Assembly: GCA_013265495.1 (NCBI GenBank)
Contig: MU057936.1
Span: forward strand, 136,016-200,015
Length of the DNA stretch: 64,000 nucleotides
Reading direction: 5' to 3'
Source of the DNA: Vicugna vicugna
Taxonomy: Eukaryota
The position numbers and the translations under genes are program-made. The notes beneath the pieces were generated by a model. It was not told the origin of the DNA, did no database searches, and saw only the letters and a program-made list of their open reading frames with translations. Positions 37,180-49,885 of this stretch are shown here, in pieces; within the stretch, counting starts at the first letter, position 1; every line of letters begins with the position of its first letter.

Positions 37180-38998
37180 CAAGGATGGTGTAGATGTCAA
37201 TCAGTATCTCAAATGTCCACTTTTCAGGAAAAACTATGAGATTTGCAAAGAGCTAAAACATTTTGACAAACACAAAGGAAATAAAGCAGTAAACAGAAAC
37301 TCCCTGAAAGGGCTTAGAAGACCTAGAAGACAACTGTGTCAAAGCAGCCTTTACAAGAACATGTTAGACAATTAAGGAAATCATATTTAAAGGTTAAAAT
37401 GAAAGTATGAATACAATAATCCATCACATAGAGGTTAAAAATGAAGGTGCAGACAATGTAAAAAGGAACAAACTTGACATTTTCAGGATACAGGAGTATA
37501 ATAGTTGAAATGAAAAAATTCACAAGTGTTCTCAGCAGATTTGAGCAATGAAAGAATCCAGGAAGCTGAAGGTGAATCAGCAGAGATTATGTCACCTTAG
37601 GCAAGGAGAAAGAAAAAATAGACCGAAAAATGAACATGAACTCAGAGACCAGTAGAACACCAAGCACACACACATATACATGATTGGAGTCCCAGAAGAC
37701 AAAGAGAGACACAAGGGCCGAAAAAGTATTTGAAGAAATAATGGATGAGATTTCCCCAAATCGGATGATAAGCATTACTCATCCAAGTTGATCAACCAAA
37801 TCCAATTAGGAAACATGCAGAGATCCACCCCTGGATACATGAGAGTTTAATTTCTGAAACACAGACAGTAAGAAAACATTGAAAACAGCAAGAAAAATGA
37901 CTCGAGACATAGAAGGGAACCACAACAAACTCGAAGCTGTCTTCTCCACAGAGACAAGGGAGGCCACACTGCAGTGGGATACTCATATTGCAGAATGGAA
38001 AACAAAAATGAAAAATGTGTCAGCAAGAATACTTGAGGGAACAAAATTGAGTGGAAGTAGCTACACTAACTTCAGGAAAATGATATATTTTAACACAAAA
38101 AGTACTACTAGATGCAAGAAGAAATATTTTACAATGATGAAAGATCTAAATCATCAGGAAGAGATAATGTTATAAATGAATATACACATAACAAAAGTGT
38201 CAAATGCACGAAACAAAAACTGTCATAGTTGAAAAATGAAATAGATAAGTCACAAATAATGGTTAGAGTCTTGTAGTCCCACTTTCCCTGGTGGATAGAA
38301 TAAGTAGGAAGAAAAGCAACAAAGAAGGGGAAGACTTCACGAAAACTGTGAACCAACCAGATCTATCAAAACTCTTATCGAGAAGAGTGCACCCATCAAC
38401 AGCTGAATGCTCCTTCTTCCCAAGCGCTCATGAAATATTCTNNNNNNNNNNNNNNNNNNNNNNNNNNNNNNNNNNNNNNNNNNNNNNNNNNNNNNNNNNN
38501 NNNNNNNNNNNNNNNNNNNNNNNNNNNNNNNNNNNNNNNNNNNNNNNNNNNNNNNNNNNNNNNNNNNNNNNNNNNNNNNNNNNNNNNNNNNNNNNNNNNN
38601 NNNNNNNNNNNNNNNNNNNNNNNNNNNNNNNNNAGAAGAGATCGGAAATTGCAACATAGTAAAAATTACGGAATACAGCAGATACGGTGGATAGAAAAAA
38701 ATACATAGCTGTAAATGCTTACGTTAAAGAAAGATGATGACAAATAATGTCACATTCCAATTTATAAACAATAAAAAGTTGAGAGCCAACTAAACCCTAA
38801 GGAAGCAGAAGTAAGGAAATAAAGATTAAAGCAGAAATAAAAGCAATAAAGGACAGAAAAACAGTAGAAAAAATGAACAAAATTCAAGGAGGTTCTTTAA
38901 AAACTCAAACAAAAACCTCTTCCCAGATTGATCAAGAAGGAATAAAAGGAGACAAAACAATAAAATTAGGAGTTCATAGAAGTAAAACGAATTATGAG
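37180..38998 (+). mobile_element. Old L1 fragment spanning ORF1 to the ORF2 endonuclease region (gap 38442-38633)
   Basis: A-rich sense L1: 'attggagtcccagaag...aaagtatttgaagaaataatggatgag'; remnant VHPSTAECSFFPSAHEIF. Confidence 0.8.
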
Positions 38999-39950
38999 NN
39001 NNNNNNNNNNNNNNNNNNNNNNNNNNNNNNNNNNNNNNNNNNNNNNNNNNNNNNNNNNNNNNNNNNNNNNNNNNNNNNNNNNNNNNNNNNNNNNNNNNNN
39101 NNNNNNNNNNNNNNNNNNNNNNNNNNNNNNNNNNNNNNNNNNNNNNNNNNNNNNNNNNNNNNNNNNNNNNNNNNNNNNNNNNNNNNNNNNNNNNNNNNNN
39201 NNNNNNNNNNNNNNNNNNNNNNNNNNNNNNNNNNNNNNNNNNNNNNNNNNNNNNNNNNNNNNNNNNNNNNNNNNNNNNNNNNNNNNNNNNNTTACGAATA
39301 TCAAAGATCTGGATTTGGGCTGTCGGCGCTAGTTTGACAACTCATGCTCTAGAACAAACCATCTGGTGGTAAAATAGAATCAATAAAAGCCTGTGTGTGC
39401 GTGTGTGTGTAGTGTATGNNNNNNNNNNNNNNNNNNNNNNNNNNNNNNNNNNNNNNNNNNNNNNNNNNNNNNNNNNNNNNNNNNNNNNNNNNNNNNNNNN
39501 NNNNNNNNNNNNNNNNNNNNNNNNNNNNNNNNNNNNNNNNNNNNNNNNNNNNNNNNNNNNNNNNNNNNNNNNNNNNNNNNNNNNNNNNNNNNNNNNNNNN
39601 NNNNNNNNNNNNNNNNNNNNNNNNNNNNNNNNNNNNNNNNNNNNNNNNNNNNNNNNNNNNNNNNNNNNNNNNNNNNNNNNNNNNNNNNNNNNNNNNNNNN
39701 NNNNNNNNNNNNNNNNNNNNNNNNNNNNNNNNNNNNNNNNNNNNNNNNNNNNNNNNNNNNNNNNNNNNNNNNNNNNNNNNNNNNNNNNNNNNNNNNNNNN
39801 NNNNNNNNNNNNNNNNNNNNNNNNNNNNNNNNNNNNNNNNNNNNNNNNNNNNNNNNNNNNNNNNNNNNNNNNNNNNNNNNNNNNNNNNNNNNNNNNNNNN
39901 NNNNNNNNNNNNNNNNNNNNNNNNNNNNNNNNNNNNNNNNNNNNNNNNNN
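38999..39950. other. Assembly gaps (38999-39291, 39419-39950; also 26926-27379 and 38442-38633)
   Basis: N runs. Confidence 0.99.
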
Positions 39951-40254
39951 AGAAGTATTTCAAGATGGAAAGTTGTCCCAGTAAATCTCAGTTCCAGGCA
40001 ACAGAGAAATCTTCCTTCCTTGAGTCCTGGCTGCACATGACAACCAAAGAAGCTACAGAGGACTTTTTGTTTCCTTCTCAGTATGCAAGGTGCCTGGGTT
40101 GGCTAAAATGGAAGACAGACGTCCAATGGCAAAGGATAGATATGCAATCTTTTCCCCAAAGCATTAACTACAAGAAGGAGCTTAGAAGAAACTGGAGGAT
40201 GATTATGAAGATGGCGATGTTGATGGTGGTGATGAAAACCAGAAACATGGCGAA

Positions 40255-40460
40255 CACGCAAGGTGCTGCCACTGTGCCAGGCACTCTCCTTAGAGATTTA
40301 CGTACATTAACTCCTTTAATCGGCACAGTGACCCAGTGGAGTTGACGCTTTTATTCTTATTTTAAATGTGAGGAAACTGAGGCACAGAGAAATTAAATAC
40401 CTTACCCAGGTCTACCCAAGATGTGTGGCTAGACTGGTATGTGAACCCAGGCAAACTGAG
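40255..40460 (-). mobile_element. MIR SINE
   Basis: 'ctgtgccaggcact...gaggaaactgaggcacagagaaattaaataccttacccaggtc...tgaacccaggc'. Confidence 0.8.
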
Positions 40461-41753
40461 GTTAAGAGAGTCAAACAGAAAACTGGTTCTCCAAAGCAGG
40501 AAAGGAAGAAGGATCGTCAGTCAATGGACTGTTTGAAATGCTCACCAGTATAGGCTTGCCCTGTGCGTCTTGTATCTGTGAGAGAGATGTGTATACACAC
40601 ACACACACACACATACATACTAGCCACCAGATTGCTTAAAGTATGTAGTAAAATACAAATAAGTTTAGCTAAGCAGTAATTTCCTTCCATATTTCCCCAA
40701 GACTACACTTCAACATTTTCTTAAAAGTGAGAATCATGGCCTTAGAGTTTAGTCTCCAGAAACTTCAATTGTCCTTTTACTCTTCTTTGCCAAACTTGGT
40801 GTTTGTTCAATACGTCGTTCTCTGCCTGCTTTGAGGACCTTTCCTCTCTCTGAGTTTGTCTCAGATCTTTCATTTATATATATATACATACATACATCTA
40901 TAGCCACCACAGGTGAAGCCACCATTGTGTCTCCGGACCTGCTCCAGTATCTCCTAACTTGTCTCCCAGCCTCGACTCTCCCTCTCCCCTGACATTCTTC
41001 AAAGCAATGAGAATCCTGGGTTTTACATTCAGGGAGATTTATTCTACTTTATATTCAATAGCACAAATTTGATCTTTGCCATGACCTTTAATTTTTCAGC
41101 CCTTCTGATGAGGTAGTTTGAGGTTTTTGTGGTATTCTTTTCGTTTAGTGGAAGAAAGGGTACAATGGAAGGAAAAATACACATCTTTGGATGTTTTGTA
41201 AGGGCAATATGCATAACTGGCAGGGTGACCCGGGAAGTCACTCCTGCATCTATGGGAACGTCAGCTAAGGCTCAGTTACCATTATCCCTGTTGGCAGGGG
41301 TGAGACTGTCAAGGAGGGACTCTGCATACCTGCTTCTAGGACCCCCAGGCTGCTGCCCAGAAGCAACATGTGCTAACATTTCTTAATGAGCTAAACGTTT
41401 TCAGGTCAAGTTGAAGACACCCTTTATTTTGCTGCCTGTCCAATGTCACTCTTCACTTCTCCTTAAGAGTTCACCAGTATTATAAATTCCATACTGTGTT
41501 TAAGTATAATATTACCACACACAGGTGTCACGTAGACTAGGACCGCAGATGACCCCTCCCCCACCCACTCACTCCTTGTTCATTAGGGGAATACTGCTTT
41601 TGTATTTTCCATGGTCCCAGGCAGTACCTTCTCCGTCCATCTGTGGAGACCCTGAGCTGCATGTGGATGGGGCATGGGTGCTGGAGAGACTCCTGGATAC
41701 CTGTTTTAAACTTACAAAGTGAGAGGTGTGCACACGTGAATCAACCAGAGACC

Positions 41754-41918
41754 TTTATTTATTTAAGAACCAATAACTTTATTGGAAGAAATGGTAACAA
41801 TGAAAGAAGAAAAACTTGAGTGAACTTTTTTTTTTTGCAAGGGCAGTATTGCCGTATGCATGCCAGGCAGGGAGGCCTCGGAAGTCACCCCGTGACCACG
41901 GGGAAGTGCAGTCCAGGC
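41754..41918 (-). terminator. 3'UTR of ferritin-like copy 2 with two AATAAA signals (41778-41783, 41754-41759)
   Basis: Retains blocks resembling the FTH1 3'UTR as recalled (GGGGTGACTTCC, GCATGCAT, TACCATTTCTTCCAATAAAG). Confidence 0.75.
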
Positions 41919-42533
<615 letters not shown>

Positions 42534-42792
42534 TCAAGAGTGTCCTCAGGGTGTGCTATGAGGGTGGCCGGAGGCAGGTGACTCCGGTCAGGGCAGAAGT
42601 TTTGGGATGGACCGGAATGTGGTTCCCTTACCAGGGTTTGGGAGGAGGAGGGCAGGTTCCAGTTCAGTTACACTGGCTGGGGTTGGGGCGGTAATGGGGA
42701 AAGGAGGGCGTAGCACAGAGCACTGTGTCCCAGGTTCCATCAGAGTCTGGGTGAGTCGCGGAGACTGTGAGCTGAGCAGCTGTCATCTATTA

Positions 42793-44079
42793 CATTTTAT
42801 TTTATTATTATTTTCATTTTATTATTTTCATTGTTATTGTTTTGGGTGCATCTCCACTGCCTGGCAGCTGGACTGGGACACTGTGGGAGACAGGGGAGGT
42901 ACTTTTTAAATTGTTTGTAGAGGCGGTCCCTGTCCTCCAGGAGCTTACAGTCTAGGTGGGAGACACAACTAATGCAAACTTACACAAGCATTAAAATTAG
43001 CGTTTAACATAACACTGACCACAATTGCTTAAGACCTGGGTAAAGCAAGATCAGTGAAGGGCTGGGGACTCAGAGAAGGTGTTTTGGTAAAGATGGAATT
43101 CATTTTCTTGTTGAATAGTTCCAAGTTGAGCGACACATTTGTTTTGGACAGGCGTGAGGGGGAAAGAGGAATGGAGGGAGCAGAGGCAGAAAGGCTGGAA
43201 GCCTATGTGGTAGGCAAGGGTCAGTGAGAAGGCCCCGCTCTGTTTCTTAAAACTCTTCCTTTGCAGTCGCCCTCAAGTCCCGACCCACTGGCTCGCAGTT
43301 GTCGCCTTGTTCGCCGCACTGAGATTCTGGGCTTTGGCTGGTGATGTTGGAATGTCCATTCTTGCTGGCTGGTGTGGTTGTCTGGATCTCTATGGTGGGG
43401 CCTGCTGGCATGGCCTTCACTGCGGGGCTGGGGTGGCACTGTCCCGACTTGGTCCAGATCAGAATGCATTGCCTGTGCCCAGATCTCAGGGGTCTGCTCC
43501 TCCCATTTCCCCCTCCTCCTTGAATGTCACCCGCAGTGGGACGGGTGCAAAGGGTAGGGAAGGGATCTGTATTGTCGTCATTGTTGGTTCTGCTTCTCCA
43601 GGGGCACTGATCTTGGCAACTGCTCCTCTGGCGAGAGAGCAGAGGGGACCACCGTTCCTGTGTAGCATTGGCTCCCATGCTGGTGGAATTTTACAGGAGC
43701 ACCTGGTGACATGGCCGCCCAGGGGTAGGGGCTGGAGCCTCAACTGGGGGCCCGGTGGTGGTGCTTTCCCAGCACTTGGCCCCCCGTTTCTCGACACAGT
43801 GTATGTCAGCTTCTTCAGGGAGCACCTGAACACCTCACTTCTCGCAATGGGCTATGTCCTTGGAGGATTTCAAAAAGCGAATCCTACCCAGTAAATGCAG
43901 CATTCCAGGAACACCTGCAGCAGCACACGGAAAACGTACCAGCCGATGATGAGCAGTTCCCGCCAAGGCTGCCGCCACTGCCGCCGTGGTTCCGAGAGTG
44001 GTGGGTGGATGGTTGAGAGCGAGGGCTGACGGTTCCGAGGGCCGCTGGTCTCTCAGAGTCCACTGTTGGGCCCGTTTGG
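42793..44079 (-). pseudogene. NNAT: Full-length processed pseudogene of neuronatin (alpha isoform); CDS remnant 43740-43987
   Basis: Reads (ACG)AAVAAALA[+1][55 protein letters not shown]..[+1]QVLGKHHHRAPS*, versus [85 protein letters not shown]. No introns, NNAT-like UTRs, decayed poly(A) at 42795-42843, TSD CATCTATTA at 42784-42792 and 44080-44088. Confidence 0.96.
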
Positions 44080-44919
44080 CATCTATTAATTTTCAGTTTT
44101 GCATTACTGTTCCTATTTTCCAAGGACTTTCTCTTATTCTCTAATTGCTCCCTTTTTTAGCACCCTGTTCTCATTTCATAAGCCCATCGTCTTCCTTAAA
44201 ATTCTGAGAATATAAATTTGGATTTTTTGGTGAAGTTCTCTTCTGTTTCCGGTATTATATTTATTTTTTTCTCCAGAAATAGTTCTGTTTGTTCATCATG
44301 ATCTTCTCTTCCACTTTCCTCAAATATCTGGCAAACATTTGTCCATTCATATTTGGGAGTAAAGGACTCATTTGATCAGCCTAGTTAATTAGAATGGATC
44401 TCATCTACAGTTGTGATGTCCATTTCATTAATAGGGGCCTCTTCTGTATGGGAGGGTAGCGTATGTCAGTTGTGGAGTGGTCTTCTCCTTTGGTAGTAAT
44501 CGCAGGAAACTTTCTGGTAGTATAGGGGCCCTCCCAGTTGCCAAAAGCATGGCATTTCTCAGACATCGGAAGACTTTGGTGGATCTCTCTTCTAGGCAGA
44601 TACGTCCTTCTGTCCTGTTTTGTTTCCGTTCTGTTATGCAGGTCTCCACTTGTCCCAGATCTGCTCTAATTTGGGTTCCTTTCTTGGTCACTGTCTTTGG
44701 AATGTAGTTTGGGGAGATTAAAGCAGATCAAATGCCACTGTGCTTTGTCGAGTGTAAGAAAGATTGGGATAGGGTCAGAGCACGGTAGCGGCAAACAGAA
44801 CTGTTGTTCAGAGAGTAGCTCTTCAATCTCACAGCCCACCCAGAACCTTCTGCAGTGCTTTGATTTCACTGACTCTCCTTGAGCTTTGAGAGTGCTTGGC
44901 TTTCTACTGCAGGTGCATT

Positions 44920-47900
44920 GTTTTATTTTTATTCATTAAAAAAAATTGAGGTATAGTTGATTTACAATGCTATGTTAGTTTCAGGTGTACAACATAATGA
45001 TTCAGTATTTTTATGGATTATACTGCATTTAAAGTTACCATAAAATATTGGCTCTATTCCCTGTGCTGTACAATACATCCTTATAGCTTATTTATTTTAT
45101 ACATGGTAGTTTGTACTTCTTAGTCCCCTATCCCTGTCTTGCCCCTACTCCTTTCCCTTTCCCCTTCCCTCTCCTTTTCCCTCTCTTTCCCTACTAGTGG
45201 AATCTGTTAACCACTAGTTTGTTCTCTAAATCTGTAAATCTGTCTCTGCTTTGCTATATTCATTCCTTTGTTTTATTTTTTAGATTCTACATATACGTGA
45301 TAAAATGCAATGTTTGTCTTTCTCTGTCTGACTTATTTCATGAAGCATGATTCCCTCCAAGTCCATCTGTGTTGTTGCAAATGGCAAAATTTCATTTTTT
45401 ATGGCTGAATAATATTCCACTGTGTGTTTGTCGCCTTTCTGCCATTCATCTGTTTTCTTTGACTATATTCCCAGAAGTGGAATTGCTTGATCATATGGTA
45501 GTTCTATTTTTTCATTTTTTGAGGAACCTCCATACTGTTTCCCATAGGGGCTGCACCAATTCACATTCCCAGCAACAGTGTACAAGGGTTCCCATTTCTC
45601 CATATCCTTGCCAATACTTGCTGTTTATGGTCGTTTTGATGACTGCCATTCTGACAGGTGTGAGATGATATCTCAAGTGTTTTTTTTAATTGAGGTATAG
45701 TCAATTTACTATGTTGTGTCAATTTCTGGTGTACAGCAGAATTCTTCAGTCATACATGAATATACATAAATTCATTTTCATATTCTTTTTCACTGTGAGC
45801 TCCTACAAGATATTGAATATATTTCCCTGTGCTATGCAGTATAAACTTGTTTATTTATTTTATATATACTAGTCAGTGTCTGCAAATCTTGAACGCCCAG
45901 TTTATCCCTTCCCACCCCTCTCCCCACTGGCAACTACAAGTTTGTATTCTATGTCCTCAAGTGGCTTTGATTTGTGTTTCTCTGATAATTAGTGATATTG
46001 AGCATCTTTTCACGTGCCTGTTGGCCATCTGTATGTCTTCTTTGGAAAAATGTCTAGTCAGGTCTTTTACCCAATCAGGTTTTTTTGTTTTTTTGATATT
46101 GAGTTGTATAAGCTGTTTACACATTTTGCATATTAACCCCTTATCATTTATATCATTTGAAAATGTTTTCTCTCATTCACTTGGTTATCTTTTTGTTTTG
46201 CTAATGGATTCCTTTGCTGTGCAAAAGCTTTTAGGTCCTCTCTCTTTTTTCTTGATCAGCATGGGTAAAGGCTTATCATTTTTGTTTACCTTTTTGAAAA
46301 AATAGCTCTTGGTTTCATCGATCTTTTCTGTTGTTTTTTGGCTCTCTCTTTTATTTCCTCTCTGAGATTTATTATTTCCTTCCTTCTGCTGACTTTGGGC
46401 TTATTTCTCTTTTTCTAATTCCTTCAGATAGTAGGTTAGGTTGCTTGTTTGATGTTTTTCTGGTTTCTTGAGGTAGGCCCATATTGCTACAGTTTCCTCT
46501 TAAAACTGCTTTTGTTGTTTCCCAGAGATTTTGGAAAATTGTGTTTCCATTATCATTTGTCTCAAGATATTTTCTGATGTCCTCTTTGATTTCTTCCTTG
46601 ATCCACTGGGTTTTTCATAGCATGGTTGTTCAGCTTCTATGTGTTTGTGTTTTTCCCATTTTTCTTCCTGTGATTGATTCCTAGTTTTGTACCTTTGTGG
46701 TTGGAAAAAATGCTTAATATAATCTCTATCCTCTTAAATTTGTCAAGACTTGTGTTGTGGCCTAGCACATATTCTATCCTGGAGACTGCTCATGTATACT
46801 TGAAAAGAATGTCTATTCTGCTGTTTTTGGATAGAATGTCTTGTAGATATCTATTAAGTTCAACTGGTCTAAGGTGTCATTTAAGACTACTGTTTCCTTA
46901 TTGATTTTCTGTCTGGGTGATCTGTCCATTGATATAAGTGGGGTGTTAATATTCCCCACTATTATTGTATTATTGTCAATTTCTCCCTTTTATAACTCAT
47001 AATATTTGCTTTATATATTTAGGTGCTTCTATATTAGGTACATATATGTTAACAAATGTTCTATCCTCTTCTTGTATTGATCCCTTTATCATTATATAAT
47101 GCCTTTTTTTGTCTTTTGTTACAGATGTTGTCTTAAAGTCTATTTTGTCTGATAAGAGTATTGCTACGTTTGCTTTCTTGTCGTTTTCATTTACACATAC
47201 TCTCACTTTAAGCCTGTGTTTTTCTTTAGCTCTGAATTGAGTCTCTTGTGGCCAGCATATAGATGGTCTTGTTTTTCTTTTATCCAATCATTCAGCCTTT
47301 TTCTTTTGATTGGAGCATTAAGTCCATTGACATTTAAAGTGGTTATTGATAGGTATGTAGTTAATATCATTTTATTGTTTTCTGGTTGTTTTAGTAGTTA
47401 TCTTCAGTTATTTTCTTGTTTTTCCCTCTTATGGTTGGATGGTTTTCTTTAGTGGTATGTTTGTGTTCCTTTCTCTCTAATTTTTGTGCATCTATTGTAG
47501 CTTTTTCATTTGTGGTTTTCAGATTGAGATATGTTGACATAACTATATCCACTTGTCTTAAATTGGTAGTCATTTAAATTCAAACACATTCTAAAGATCT
47601 ACATTTTATACTCCCCTCCACCACATTTTGTGTTTTTGATGTCATATTTCACATCTTCATGTTTATACTTTAACTGTTATTATATTTATAGTTGATTTTA
47701 CAATTTTTTGTCCTTTAATCTTTGTACTAGCTTAATTAAGTGGCTAATCCACAGTCTGTATATATTTGCTTTTACCATGTATTTACCTTTACTAGTGGGA
47801 TTTTACTTCTTACAAATTCTTACTTCTTGTTGTAGCCTCTTCTTTTCCACTTAGAGAAGACTCTTTAACATTTCTTTCAGGGTTGATCTAGTATTGATGA

Positions 47901-49885
47901 ACTCTTTTAGTTTTCACTTGCATGAGAAGTTCTTTATATCTCCTTCAGTTCTGAATGATAATCTTGCTGGGTAGAGCATCTTAGGATCTAGGTTATTCCC
48001 TTCCATCACTTTAGATATATCATACCGCTCCCTTCTGGGCTGCAGAGTTTCTGCTAAAAAAAAAAAAAAATCTGCTGATAGCCTTATGAGAGTTCCCTTA
48101 TATGATATTTGTTGCTTTTTCCTTGTTGCTTTTAATATTCTCTCTTTATCTTTAATTTTTTCATTTTGACTACATTGTCTTGATATGTTCCTCTTTGTGT
48201 TAATCCTATATGGGACTCTTTGTTTCCTAGACTTGGGTAACTGTTTCTTTTCCCGCATTAGGGAAGTTTTCACCTATTATCTCTTCAAATATTTTCTCAA
48301 GCTCTTTTCTCTCTCTTCTCCTTCTGGGACCCTTATAATACAAGTGTTAGTGCACTTGGTATTGTCCAGAGGTCTCTTAAACTGTCTTCATTTCTTTTCA
48401 TTCTTTTCTCTTGTTTTTTTGTTCAGCAACAGTGATTTCCACAATTGTCTTCCAGCTCCCTCATTCGTTCTTCTGCATCATTTAGTCTACTATTGATTCC
48501 TTCTAGTGTGTGTTTCATTTCAGTTATTGTATTCCTCAACACTGTTCAGTTGGTTCTTTATATTTTCTAATTCTTTGTTAAAAACATCCAACTTCGGTCT
48601 TCATGCATCCATTCTCCTCCTGATTTTTTGATCATCTTTACGATCATTACATTGAACTCTTTCTCAGGTAGGTTGTCTATCTCCATATCATTCAAGTATC
48701 ATTCTTCTGGAGTTATATCTTGTTCTTTTGTCTGAAACATCCTCTGTCACCTCATATTATCTAAATTGCTATTTGTATTTTTATGTATATGGTAGGTTAG
48801 TTATGTTTCTTGACCTTGGAGAAGTGGCCCTCTGTAGGAGACATTCTATCCATCGCAGCAGTGCACTCCCCTCTCAACACCAAAGGGCTGGGGGCCAGCT
48901 GGTCCCATAATAGTGTCTGGCCTGTGTTTGTGGACTCGTTCTACAGGCTGTGAAATTGAAGTTTTCTTGCTTCTAATGTCTGCCTACTGGTGGGTGAGGC
49001 TGGTCTAGAGGCTTGTTCAGGTTTCCTGGTGGGTGGGGCCAGTGCCTGCCCGCTGGTGGATGGAGCTGGGTCTTGGTCCTCTGGTGGGCAGGGTCGTGTC
49101 ATAGAGCATGTCTAGAGGTGGTTGTGAGTTCAGGAAGTCTTTAGACAGCCTGTCTGCTGATGGTCAGGGCTATGCCCCCATCCAGTTAGTTGTTTGGCCT
49201 GAAGCATCCCAGCACTGGATCCTACAGGCTGTTGAGTGGGACCAGGTCTTGGTGCTAATGACCCAACATATTAACCTTCAGGAGAGCTCAGGCAGATGAA
49301 TGCTCCCCAGTATGTCCACCACCAGTGTCTGTGTCCCCTGGGTGAACCACAGTCACCCCCTGCCTCCCCAGGAGACCCTCCAAGACAAGTATTAAGTCTG
49401 ACCCAGGCTCCTATTAAATTACTACTTTTGGCCTTGATTCCTGTGTGTGTGAGATTTTGTGTGCACCCTTGAAGAGTGAAGTCACTATTTTCCCCAATCC
49501 TATGGAGCTCCTGCAATCAAGCCCTGCTGGCCTTCAAAGCCAAGTACTCTGGGGGCTCCTCTTCCCAATGCTGGACCCCTAGGCTGGAGAATCTGGCATG
49601 GGGCTCAGAACTCTCACTCCTGTGGGAGAATCTCTGTAATATAATTATTCTCCAGTTTGTGGGTCGCCCACCCAGGGGGTATGGGATTTGATTATATTGG
49701 GAATCTACCCCTTCTACCCATCTCATGTGGTTCCTTGTTTATGTTTCAGTTTTATAAAATCTTTTCTAGTAGGTTCCAATCTGTTTCATCAGTGGTTGTT
49801 CTGCAGTTAGTTGTGATTTTGGTGTGCTCATGAGAGGAGGTGAGCTTAGGGTCCTTCTACTCTGCCATCTTAGCTACTCTCCCAT
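44920..49885 (-). mobile_element. L1 with 5'UTR, ORF1, endonuclease region and 3' end, but lacking the central (RT) part of ORF2
   Basis: 5' end GGGAGAGTAGCTAAGATGGC at about 49885; ORF1 remnant KDKERILKATRKK...PKMLYPARLSF; EN remnant VAILLSDKIDFK...YIMIKGSIQEED; junction at about 46235. Confidence 0.92.
45680..45955 (-). mobile_element. Short L1 3'-end insertion nested in the L1
   Basis: Poly(T) start; TSD CTCAAGTG at 45672-45679 and 45956-45963; host sequence resumes afterwards. Confidence 0.88.

Noticed and set aside
38291..40345. Long X-filled ORFs
   Set aside because: Artefacts of N gaps.
43221..43894. Several ORFs of 60-195 aa
   Set aside because: They lie in the NNAT retrocopy CDS and 3'UTR; the 115-aa ORF is frameshifted read-through of the NNAT C-terminus from a non-ATG codon.
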